This document shows positions 1 to 7,347 of a stretch of 24,000 nucleotides of DNA, piece by piece. The first letter of the stretch is position 1; every line of letters begins with the position of its first letter. The position numbers were made by a program, and so were the translations under genes. Origin of the DNA: Cyclobacteriaceae bacterium (GTDB taxonomy: Bacteria > Bacteroidota > Bacteroidia > Cytophagales > Cyclobacteriaceae); the NCBI GenBank assembly GCA_965601755.1, contig OZ271841.1, forward strand, positions 222,241 to 246,240, read 5' to 3'. The notes below the pieces were generated by a model. That model was not told where the DNA came from and searched no databases. It was given only the letters and a program-made list of their open reading frames with translations.

Positions 1-1
1 A

Positions 2-316
2 TATATCAGGGACTACATCATTCGGGAGATTGATCGCGACTTCAGGATACGGGAAGTGGTCATTGATGCGTCAGCTATCAGCTACGTTGATGCGTCGGCT
101 ATTCAGGGGATTATTGATCTGATAGAAGTGCTAAGAACGAGGGGAGTCAGATTTTTGATTGCCGAGGTGGTGGGTCCTGTAAGAGATGCCATGTTCAAAA
201 CCCGGTTAATGGACGAAATAGGTATTGAAAACATCTATCTTACATTGAATGATGCCCTGGAGTCTGAAGGATTGATAGCCAAAAGGAGAAGGGCAAGGGC
301 TGTTCAGCATAATTGA
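2..316 (+). CDS. STAS-domain C-terminus of a probable SulP-family anion (sulfate) transporter; 5' end lies outside the window
   Basis: The frame of the 56..316 ORF stays open back to base 2 (YIRDYIIREIDRDFRIREVVIDASAISYVDASAIQGIIDLIEVLRTRGVRFLIAEVVGPVRDAMFKTRL...). This has a STAS-like pattern as found at SulP C-termini. Stop TGA at 314..316. Confidence 0.7.
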   Translation, partial: YIRDYIIREIDRDFRIREVVIDASAISYVDASAIQGIIDLIEVLRTRGVRFLIAEVVGPVRDAMFKTRLMDEIGIENIYLTLNDALESEGLIAKRRRARAVQHN

Positions 317-370
317 AAGATGAAAGCTAGTAGATGGCAATAAACCGAGTTTTAAACAAACCAAACTGAC

Positions 371-386
371 TGTAACTATTGTTACA
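371..386. promoter_or_regulatory. Perfect palindrome TGTAAC-tatt-GTTACA upstream of the MBL/rhodanese gene; candidate operator
   Basis: Seen directly: TGTAAC at 371..376 and GTTACA at 381..386. It lies 55 nt before the ATG at 441 and is followed by TAATATTG (408..415), which resembles the Bacteroidota -7 element TAnnTTTG. Any function is inferred. Confidence 0.3.
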
Positions 387-440
387 TCCGGAGAAGTGCC
401 TCATCCGTAATATTGAAGTAGAACAGAACCGATTACAAAT

Positions 441-1844
441 ATGAAAATAGAGCAGATATATACAGGGTGCCTTGCACAGGGTGCATACTACATTGAGAGT
501 GATGGGGAAGCTGCTATCATTGACCCTTTGCGAGAGTCAAAGCCATACATCGAAAAAACTAAACGTGAAGGTGCTCAAATCAAATACATTTTTGAGACAC
601 ACTTCCATGCAGATTTTGTTTCTGGTCATGTGGATCTTGCTGATAAAACGGGAGCAACCATTGTGTATGGGCCTAAAGCACAGGCATCATTTCAATTCCA
701 TGAATCCAAAGATGGAGAAATCTTTCAATTAGGAAAGATCAAAATCAAGGTGCTTCATACGCCTGGCCATACCATGGAAAGTGCAACCTATTTGCTGTTG
801 GATGAAAAAGGAAAAGAGCATGCTATTTTCAGCGGTGACACCCTGTTTATTGGTGATGTAGGACGTCCGGATCTGGCGCAAAAGGGAGATATGACACAGG
901 ATGATCTGGCTGGCTTCTTATATGATAGCTTGCGACAAAAGATCATGCCTTTACCTGATTCGGTGATCGTCTATCCGGCCCATGGTGCTGGTTCGGCATG
1001 TGGAAAGAACATGAGCAAAGAAACTACCGATACGCTGGGCAACCAGAAAAAGACCAACTATGCCTTAAGAGCCAACATGACCAAAGAAGAGTTTATCAGG
1101 GAAGTGACGGAAGGTCTCTTACCACCGCCGCAATACTTTGCTCAAAATGTGGCCATGAATAAGTCGGAGGCCCAGGGCCTGGATGAAGTGCTGAAAAAAG
1201 GTAAAGTAGCACTGGATGTGGAAACCTTTGAAGCCATGGCCAATCACGAGGGAGCTTTGGTGCTGGATACCCGAAAGCAGGATGAGTTCTCCAGGGATCA
1301 CATTCCCAATGCTATTTTTATCGGCATCGATGGGGATTTTGCTCCCTGGGTAGGCGCTTTGATTCCTGATCTGCAACAGCCGATCATCTTTATTGCTTCA
1401 GAAGGCAGGGAAGAAGAAGTGGTTACCAGGCTTTCCAGGGTAGGCTATGATAATACTCTTGGATACCTCAAAGGAGGCCTTGAAGCCTGGAAAGCAGCCG
1501 GTAAAGAGACTGATCAGGTTAAATCTATTTTAGCACAGGACTTTGCGTCGGCTTATCAGTCCGGAGGGGTCAATGTGCTTGACGTACGAAAGCCTACCGA
1601 ATATGACGCTGAACATGTTGATAAGGCACAAAGCTTCCCCCTGGATTATATCAGTAAAAACATGAGTGAAATTAACCCTGACAAAGCCTATCATGTGCAT
1701 TGTGCTGGTGGATACCGCTCCATGATTGCGGCATCTATCCTGAAATCACGAGGCTTCCATGATGTAATAGATGTAAAGGGAGGGATGAAGGAAATTAGTA
1801 AAACTACCATCCCTAAATCAGACTTTGTTTGTTCTTCAAGCTAG
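441..1844 (+). CDS. MBL-fold metallo-hydrolase (persulfide-dioxygenase-like) fused to two rhodanese domains
   Basis: The 467-aa ORF carries the metallo-beta-lactamase motifs THFHADFVSGH and HTPGHT. Two rhodanese-like repeats follow: the first lacks an active-site Cys (IFIASEGRE) and the second has the catalytic loop HCAGGYRS. Confidence 0.9.
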   Translation: MKIEQIYTGCLAQGAYYIESDGEAAIIDPLRESKPYIEKTKREGAQIKYIFETHFHADFVSGHVDLADKTGATIVYGPKAQASFQFHESKDGEIFQLGKIKIKVLHTPGHTMESATYLLLDEKGKEHAIFSGDTLFIGDVGRPDLAQKGDMTQDDLAGFLYDSLRQKIMPLPDSVIVYPAHGAGSACGKNMSKETTDTLGNQKKTNYALRANMTKEEFIREVTEGLLPPPQYFAQNVAMNKSEAQGLDEVLKKGKVALDVETFEAMANHEGALVLDTRKQDEFSRDHIPNAIFIGIDGDFAPWVGALIPDLQQPIIFIASEGREEEVVTRLSRVGYDNTLGYLKGGLEAWKAAGKETDQVKSILAQDFASAYQSGGVNVLDVRKPTEYDAEHVDKAQSFPLDYISKNMSEINPDKAYHVHCAGGYRSMIAASILKSRGFHDVIDVKGGMKEISKTTIPKSDFVCSSS

Positions 1845-1994
1845 TTAGCGTTAATTGATTGAAGAAGGTCGTCTCTGAGGTAAAAGAGGCAGCCTTTTTT
1901 TGTGCCTTTCCTTTCTTCAATGGGGCTTTTTCGACTGATTAAAGAGTTGACAGCATGATCCAACATATACTGGATCACAGATTTTTTGGGGATC

Positions 1995-2026
1995 AAAAAA
2001 AAGAGGGTGCCCTTATGGAGGCACCC
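1995..2026 (-). terminator. Rho-independent terminator for the minus-strand small-protein genes
   Basis: GGGTGCC (2005..2011) pairs with GGCACCC (2020..2026), giving a 7-bp GC-rich stem with an 8-nt loop. On the minus strand it is followed by a run of 8 T (plus-strand A run 1995..2002). It lies about 30 nt downstream of the stop of the 2059..2340 gene. Confidence 0.65.
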
Positions 2027-2058
2027 CACTTTCATTATACATTTCAAAAGCTTGGGGA

Positions 2059-2340
2059 CTAGAAGATCACTTTTCTGATTTTGTCCTGTGCTATCGTCTT
2101 GCTGCCTTGCAGGATGGCATATCTATCGGTCACTGCTATTACCACTGCATCCTTTGTCGTGAATCTCTCATAATGATTCTTGTAGACTAATTGAACAGAT
2201 TTTCCGAACACCTTTCCAATGGTGACTGCTGTCAGCAGCTTTCGCTTGATTCTTTCAATTTTAGTACTCTTTTTCCTCACTGTTTTTGGAGAGGATATGA
2301 CTTTCATATCGCCTGACTCCTGTATTGCAATATTTGACAT
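2059..2340 (-). CDS. Hypothetical small basic protein (93 aa)
   Basis: ORF with an ATG start, a Lys/Arg-rich N-terminal half, and a strong terminator directly downstream. I recognise no family. Confidence 0.5.
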   Translation of the reverse strand: MSNIAIQESGDMKVISSPKTVRKKSTKIERIKRKLLTAVTIGKVFGKSVQLVYKNHYERFTTKDAVVIAVTDRYAILQGSKTIAQDKIRKVIF

Positions 2341-2400
2341 TTGCTGTTTTGAATTAACTGAAAATTAAAATTTGGTGTGAATGAATTAATTCATCACCAG

Positions 2401-2715
2401 TTAATCCAAGAGCTTAAAAGCGTGATAAAGTATGTAGAGTTTAGAGTTTGTAAAAGGTGGTTCAGTGGCAGAAGGGCTGATTGATGTGACTTTCTCAAAG
2501 GGTATGTGCTCTGTTTGAGTGTCTTGCTTTTTCCTTAGATTCTGAACTACAACCTTATGCTCACCCTGGAAGATTGTTGACTCTTTTACATCCACTGATT
2601 CAGTTTTTTCTGCTGCTGAAGCAGGGGAAACAAAGAAAATGACAGCCAGGATGATCAGGCAAGCTGACCGGGCCCCATTTACGAGTTTACTTGATGAACC
2701 AGTGATTGGATACAT
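2401..2715 (-). CDS. Hypothetical small secreted protein (104 aa)
   Basis: The N-terminus has a signal-peptide pattern (ACLIILAVIFFVSPASA|AEK). It is co-oriented with the 93-aa ORF and sits 60 nt upstream of it. I recognise no family. Confidence 0.5.
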   Translation of the reverse strand: MYPITGSSSKLVNGARSACLIILAVIFFVSPASAAEKTESVDVKESTIFQGEHKVVVQNLRKKQDTQTEHIPFEKVTSISPSATEPPFTNSKLYILYHAFKLLD

Positions 2716-2835
2716 TAATAAAGCGTGTATGCCTAGAGTAATACGCTAATTATTAAAACCTGTTACATAAAAAATGCTAATGACATCAATAAGTGTCATA
2801 TCCAACAATTAGGATAATATGGTAGTTCAATTGAT

Positions 2836-3162
2836 ATGGATATATATGCAGCATTAGGTGAAAGGCCGTACTACAACAATTACTCAAGAAAATTCGCCCA
2901 TTACTACGACGTTTACTACACCAATGTTGATAAGATCGATCGTATCATCATCGATAGTCTTCAAAAAGGTTATAAGCCCCAGGATGTATTAGTTATTCTG
3001 GATCGCATTTGGCAAAATAGTATCCAAAGAGAAGACGATTATAGGAAACCCAATGGCAATCCATTAAATACACACGAAGCTGTATTTGAGCTATACCTGA
3101 GAAATGTGCTGCGAAAGATCCTGGTCTTTGATGAATTTGAGAAGGTCTTCTCAGAGATATAA
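2836..3162 (+). CDS. Hypothetical protein (108 aa, Tyr-rich N-terminus)
   Basis: ATG-started ORF divergent from the 2401..2715 gene and followed by a long perfect-arm hairpin terminator. I recognise no family. Confidence 0.5.
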   Translation: MDIYAALGERPYYNNYSRKFAHYYDVYYTNVDKIDRIIIDSLQKGYKPQDVLVILDRIWQNSIQREDDYRKPNGNPLNTHEAVFELYLRNVLRKILVFDEFEKVFSEI

Positions 3163-3194
3163 TAGATCACAATCTAATTTTAGGTTAATCTCGT

Positions 3195-3250
3195 GTGTGT
3201 ACGAACACATGGATATAAAAATTGAATGTGCTCGTACACACTTGGTTTTT
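3195..3250 (+). terminator. Long-stem Rho-independent terminator after the 108-aa ORF
   Basis: GTGTGTACGAACACAT (3195..3210) pairs with ATGTGCTCGTACACAC (3226..3241) as 16 bp with one mismatch and a 15-nt loop, followed by TTGGTTTTT (3242..3250). Confidence 0.65.
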
Positions 3251-3289
3251 AGTTACTTATAAAAATTCCCAATTGATTTTTAAGTAACT
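3251..3289. other. Second, AT-rich imperfect inverted repeat immediately after the terminator
   Basis: AGTTACTTAtAAAA (3251..3264) pairs with TTTTTAAGTAACT (3277..3289) for about 13 bp with a 1-nt bulge. It lies about 90 nt upstream of the ECF sigma gene start. Role unknown; it could be a second terminator or an operator. Confidence 0.35.
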
Positions 3290-3375
3290 TATAATCATAA
3301 AAAGAAATATTTTCTTTCAGGCAACCTCTGCTGAAAAGTCCGGGTTCTATCATTAAACAGGTTTAATAAAAGCAA

Positions 3376-3930
3376 TTGGAAGAGTCAGAGCTCATCAAAC
3401 AACGCTATTCCAGGAAGGGCCAGAGGTTGCTTTTTGATACCTACTATGATAATATGTACCAGGTTTCACTACAATATCTCAAAATAAAAGAAGACGCACA
3501 AGATGCCTTGTGTGAAGCATTTGTCAGGGTATTTAACAGGCTTGACAATTTTGAATATCGAGGAGAAGGAAGCTTGAGAAGCTGGATAAAAACGATTGTG
3601 ATCAATGAATCTCTACGGCTTATTGAAAGAAACAGGAAGTTTATGTACAATGATGACATTGATGAAGCTGAAGACCTGGACACCATAGAGCTGAATGAAA
3701 ACCTTGATATGCAGCTTTTCTCTGAGATTGTACAGCAACTGCCTGATGGCTACCGGGTCATATTTTTGATGTTTGCCATGGATGGGTTTTCTCATCAGGA
3801 AATATCTGAGAAATTAAATATCAGCGTTTCGACATCTAAAAGTCAATTGTTTAAAGCCAGAAAAATGATAATAAAAGAATTACAAAAAATAGAAGCATAT
3901 GAAGCTTTGGGAGATCGAAAAAAAGTTTAA
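3376..3930 (+). CDS. RNA polymerase ECF-type sigma-70 family factor
   Basis: Region 2 pattern (DAQDALCEAFVRVFNRLDNFEYRGEGSLRSWIKTIVINESLRLIER) and region 4 HTH (GFSHQEISEKLNISVSTSKSQLFKARKMI). The start is TTG at 3376; no in-frame ATG would retain region 2. Confidence 0.9.
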   Translation: MEESELIKQRYSRKGQRLLFDTYYDNMYQVSLQYLKIKEDAQDALCEAFVRVFNRLDNFEYRGEGSLRSWIKTIVINESLRLIERNRKFMYNDDIDEAEDLDTIELNENLDMQLFSEIVQQLPDGYRVIFLMFAMDGFSHQEISEKLNISVSTSKSQLFKARKMIIKELQKIEAYEALGDRKKV

Positions 3931-4465
3931 GGAATACCTGGGACAGCAGGAACCCCTCACTCAAAGTAAGGACAAAGAGCAGGTCTGGAGTCAGGTGCAG
4001 AACAAAATGCAGCGACCAAAAAGGCTATATCCGGTTTGGTACCTGGCTGCAGCTTCTGTTACCCTTGTCTTGCTTTCCTCTTTTGCCCTCTATCAACTGC
4101 ATTTGAAAAATCAGACCATAGCCAGGTTACAGGCTGCACTTGAAGAAGTAAATGGACAGCAGGAGGTAATGGCCAATAATAATAAGCAGCTCAAAGGAGA
4201 ATTGGAGGAAGTAATGAACAGGCCGCTACAAGTTGATACTGTTTTCATAACAAAGGTCGTATACCGGGCCCCAGAAAAACGAAGTCAGGTAGATGCTGCA
4301 ATAACTGAGACGGTGAGTCCCTTAGAAAGTGTACCTGTTGAACAGGACCAGGAAATGCCAGTCTTGGCCAATCTTCAAAGTGAAGTGGAGAGTTTAGAAA
4401 TAGAGTATGGAGAAAAAACAGGAGAGGGTATAACACCATGGAGATTTACAGTAAAGTATCATTAG
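3899..4465 (+). CDS. Putative single-pass anti-sigma factor
   Basis: Its ATG overlaps the sigma gene's 3' end by 32 nt. It has a short cytoplasmic N-terminus, one TM helix (LYPVWYLAAASVTLVLLSSFALY), then a coiled-coil-like acidic region. The call rests on position and topology, not on a recognised domain. Confidence 0.6.
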   Translation: MKLWEIEKKFKEYLGQQEPLTQSKDKEQVWSQVQNKMQRPKRLYPVWYLAAASVTLVLLSSFALYQLHLKNQTIARLQAALEEVNGQQEVMANNNKQLKGELEEVMNRPLQVDTVFITKVVYRAPEKRSQVDAAITETVSPLESVPVEQDQEMPVLANLQSEVESLEIEYGEKTGEGITPWRFTVKYH

Positions 4466-4488
4466 GAAAGAAATTGGAAAATTTAAAA

Positions 4489-5352
4489 ATGGACCGAATT
4501 ACACGCATGAGAGAACAAATCAAAATAGGCCTCGTCCTGCTGATTATTCTTTTTGCCTATTGGGCAAAAGGGCAGGTGTTTAATGAGCCGCGCGTCAATG
4601 CCTGCACAGATAAAAACGTCTTTATCAAAAAGATAGAAATTACGGACCAGGAAACGATCTTCACCCTTTGGTTAAGACCCTATCATCACAATACCATTTT
4701 TGTTTCTTCCAAGACCTATATCACATCTAGCAATGGAGGAGACAAACTATTTATCAATGAAGTAAAAGATTATGCGTTGGATCGAACCCTGCAATTGGAC
4801 GAAGAGAAAAAGTACCAGGAGCTGGTATTGTATTTCCCTAAGATTGACCCTTCTGTGCAGGCTTTAAATTTCCGTGCTGGAGAGGATGGTAGCTACTGGC
4901 ATTTCTTTGACATTGATGTGAGTACCAATATCGGTATCGATAAATCAGTTAAGTCAGGAAGAAAAGGTGAGGAAGACAATTGTAAATTCATTGAGAGTCC
5001 AGGCTATACGGCAAAATCAGGAGGCTTTGCCATTACTCGGATTGATTTGTGTGAGGATGAAACGGTGCTCTACTTCGAGGTGAATCTAAGGCAGTTTTCT
5101 GCTATATGGATACCACCAAAATCTGCCATTCGTGATAGCAATGGAGGAAAAGACCTGTTTGTGATCAAAGCGGAAGGAACGAATATCGGGGAACGGATCA
5201 CTGCAGGTGACAATGATGGTGAGATCCTGAATTATAAGTTATTCTTTCCGCCCATAAAGGAATCAGTGAAAAAAATAGATTTCAGGGAGGTGAACAAAGG
5301 AGGTACCTGGTTTATCTATGAAATGGATGCTGATGTATCCAATGTAGAATAG
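4489..5352 (+). CDS. Secreted protein with two tandem ~100-aa homologous domains (unknown family)
   Basis: The ORF is open from 4438. Starts at 4489 (MDRITRMREQIKIGLVLLIILFAYWAKGQ) or 4507 give a signal peptide and avoid overlap with the anti-sigma gene. Internal repeat A is at 4618..4923 and repeat B at 5026..5340, sharing SNGG, LF, FP, FR and DVS landmarks. Confidence 0.7.
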   Translation: MDRITRMREQIKIGLVLLIILFAYWAKGQVFNEPRVNACTDKNVFIKKIEITDQETIFTLWLRPYHHNTIFVSSKTYITSSNGGDKLFINEVKDYALDRTLQLDEEKKYQELVLYFPKIDPSVQALNFRAGEDGSYWHFFDIDVSTNIGIDKSVKSGRKGEEDNCKFIESPGYTAKSGGFAITRIDLCEDETVLYFEVNLRQFSAIWIPPKSAIRDSNGGKDLFVIKAEGTNIGERITAGDNDGEILNYKLFFPPIKESVKKIDFREVNKGGTWFIYEMDADVSNVE

Positions 5353-5407
5353 ATAGCCACTTAAAAAAGTAATAATTCTCTTCATATACATATACACTCA
5401 GAATAGG

Positions 5408-5436
5408 GTCTGCTCCATGAGCGGACTTTATTTTTA
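5408..5436 (+). terminator. Rho-independent terminator ending the ECF operon
   Basis: GTCTGCT (5408..5414) pairs with AGCGGAC (5420..5426) as 7 bp including one G-U pair, with loop CCATG, followed by TTTATTTTTA. Confidence 0.6.
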
Positions 5437-5527
5437 TACCTGGCTCAATTGGGTTTTACTAAACACTTTTATCATCTTTCGGTAACCCTCCATTCCCTAT
5501 TTTTGCCGCTTCCCATAAAAATTAAGT

Positions 5528-6304
5528 ATGAGAATATTCATTGGCGCTATCATTTTCCTATTCTCTTTTCAGACAATCGCCCAACGAGATTCTTCCTACT
5601 ACAAAGTAAATATTCCGGTAGAGGGAGCGATTACTGCTGCAGGTTTTGTGACAACCACCATCCTGTTCAAAAGGCTTTTCAGGGTGGCTTCAATGAGCGA
5701 GAGCGATGTAATGGCCCTGAATATTGATGATATCAACAGGTTTGATCAGCCTGTTGCCAGATTCAGTCCAGAGGGATATGAAACCAGTCAGAGGTTGTCT
5801 GACCTGTCTTTAAATCTCTCTACTGCACTGCCTTTTTTCCTGTTGATCGATAGGAAGGTAAGAAAGGATTGGGGTGAATACCTGGTGCTTTACCTGGAGT
5901 CTCAGATGATCAATACATCGATCTATCAGGTTGCTGCATTCAGTTTTCGCAGACCAAGACCTCTGACTTACAACAATGAGGCTGATATGCAAATGCGCAC
6001 CGGGGATCAGCGCAGCAATTCCTTCTACAGCGGACATGTTTCTACAGCCGCCACTGCCACCTTTTTTATGGCCAAGGTATATACAGATTATCATGACATC
6101 ACAGGCTGGAAACGACTAGCCTTATACGGTGCAGCATCTGTACCGCCTCTGTTTGTTGGTTATCACCGCATGCATGCCGGTAAGCATTTTCGGACTGATG
6201 TGCTTCTGGGATTCGCCATTGGAGCCGCAAACGGTATCCTTATTCCACACCTGCATAACTGGTTGGGGGGGAAGCGGAAGCAAAAACCTCCAGTGGAGTT
6301 TTAG
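5528..6304 (+). CDS. PAP2-superfamily (phosphatidic acid phosphatase type 2 / haloperoxidase fold) membrane phosphatase
   Basis: All three PAP2 signature blocks are present: FRRPRP (KX6RP-like), YSGH (PSGH) and YHRMHAGKHFRTD (SRX5HX3D-like). It also has a signal peptide and several hydrophobic helices. Confidence 0.85.
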   Translation: MRIFIGAIIFLFSFQTIAQRDSSYYKVNIPVEGAITAAGFVTTTILFKRLFRVASMSESDVMALNIDDINRFDQPVARFSPEGYETSQRLSDLSLNLSTALPFFLLIDRKVRKDWGEYLVLYLESQMINTSIYQVAAFSFRRPRPLTYNNEADMQMRTGDQRSNSFYSGHVSTAATATFFMAKVYTDYHDITGWKRLALYGAASVPPLFVGYHRMHAGKHFRTDVLLGFAIGAANGILIPHLHNWLGGKRKQKPPVEF

Positions 6305-6355
6305 CAGCTTCATAGGATGATACTTAATCTTTCATTTAATCATAAAATCTTTGTA

Positions 6356-6381
6356 GGTTTAGTTTAAGTAAAAACTAAACC
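6356..6381 (+). other. Perfect 10-bp hairpin ending 10 nt before the next start codon
   Basis: GGTTTAGTTT (6356..6365) pairs with AAACTAAACC (6372..6381), loop AAGTAA, with no U tract. It sits between the PAP2 stop (6304) and the ATG at 6391. Confidence 0.4.
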
Positions 6382-6390
6382 CAGAATGCT

Positions 6391-6804
6391 ATGCAATTAG
6401 ATTTCAGTGCAATAAATTGGTTGTCCATTGTCGTATGCTTTGTTATAGGACAGATTTTCCTGACCCTATGGTTCAGTGTGTTTTTTGGTGAGCCCTGGGC
6501 AAAAGCCTATGACCCTGCTAAAAACAAAAAGGAGCACACAAAAGAAATTCCCGGTTACACATATGCTTTCGTAGCAGTCTGTACTTTCCTTTTGACACTG
6601 GGTCTGGAGCTTTTTCAAATAGCTTTTGGTGTAGATGATTTAGGTTCGGGACTGCAGCTTGGAGTGATTATTAGTGTTTTCTTCATTATTGCCACTATGT
6701 TGCCTGGATATGCTTTTCTGAGGCGGTGGAATGCACTGAGACTTTCACTTGGGAGCCAGGTTTTTGTCACTTTGATTATTTCGGCAATATTAGGAGCCTG
6801 GTAG
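6391..6804 (+). CDS. DUF1761-family small membrane protein
   Basis: 137 aa with about 4 TM helices. The N-terminus INWLSIVVCFVIGQIFLTLWFSVFFGEPWAKAY matches the INWL...FG..W pattern I associate with DUF1761. This is recalled from memory, not searched. Confidence 0.65.
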   Translation: MQLDFSAINWLSIVVCFVIGQIFLTLWFSVFFGEPWAKAYDPAKNKKEHTKEIPGYTYAFVAVCTFLLTLGLELFQIAFGVDDLGSGLQLGVIISVFFIIATMLPGYAFLRRWNALRLSLGSQVFVTLIISAILGAW

Positions 6805-6828
6805 GTGTTTGTGGCGGTGAAATAGGTT

Positions 6829-7347
6829 ATGTCAATACTTGAAGATATTTTGCAGAGACCTTCTACTAAAAAGCCGCTATTAGATCAGCTAAAGAATGAC
6901 CAGGAAGGGGTTCGTAAGGCTATTGACATCGCTTTGTCAGACAAACAGCCACAGGGATGGAGGGCGGCCTGGGTGCTCAAGGATATTATCAAAGATGAAG
7001 ACCCTAGACTTGCCCCACATCTTACCAGAACGATCAAAGTCCTTGCAGATCGTCCTGACGGCCATCAACGTGAACTCATACATTTGGTGGATAAATTCAC
7101 GCTGTCTGATGATCAGGAAGGAATGTTATTTGACGTCTGCCTGGATATCTGGTCTTCCATCAGGAAATCCCCTTCGGTCAGGATATTGGCATTTAAGCAA
7201 ATTGCTGGTATTATCAGGAAATATCCTGAATTGGTCCATGAGCTAGAACATGTGTTGGATGACGAATATGCGGAAACACTCTCACCGGCGATAAAACGCA
7301 TCTTTATACGGTTGCGTGAAGAGTTGTTGGTACTAAGACAGTCATAG
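6829..7347 (+). CDS. Hypothetical all-helical (HEAT/ARM-like) protein; its last 17 codons are part of the tandem repeat
   Basis: 172-aa ORF starting 24 nt after the DUF1761 gene. The stop TAG (7345..7347) lies inside the first repeat hairpin (CAGTCATAGGATGACTG, 7339..7355). Confidence 0.6.
   Translation: MSILEDILQRPSTKKPLLDQLKNDQEGVRKAIDIALSDKQPQGWRAAWVLKDIIKDEDPRLAPHLTRTIKVLADRPDGHQRELIHLVDKFTLSDDQEGMLFDVCLDIWSSIRKSPSVRILAFKQIAGIIRKYPELVHELEHVLDDEYAETLSPAIKRIFIRLREELLVLRQS

Noticed and set aside
1841-2047. 68-aa minus-strand ORF between the MBL gene and the small-protein genes
   Set aside because: It spans the terminator hairpin at 1995..2026 and the 3' flank of the MBL gene. It has no signal of coding organisation and would sit downstream of a terminator on its own strand.
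5449-5727. 92-aa ORF overlapping the start of the PAP2 gene, and similar alternative-frame or antisense ORFs (472..732, 1119..1376, 3444..3795, 4245..4439, 5810..6320, 6896..7301, 14161..14566, 14955..15592, 17000..18163, 19674..19859, 20242..20668, 21234..21738, 22779..23231)
   Set aside because: Each is nested within a longer ORF that carries recognisable family motifs. None has motifs or topology of its own.
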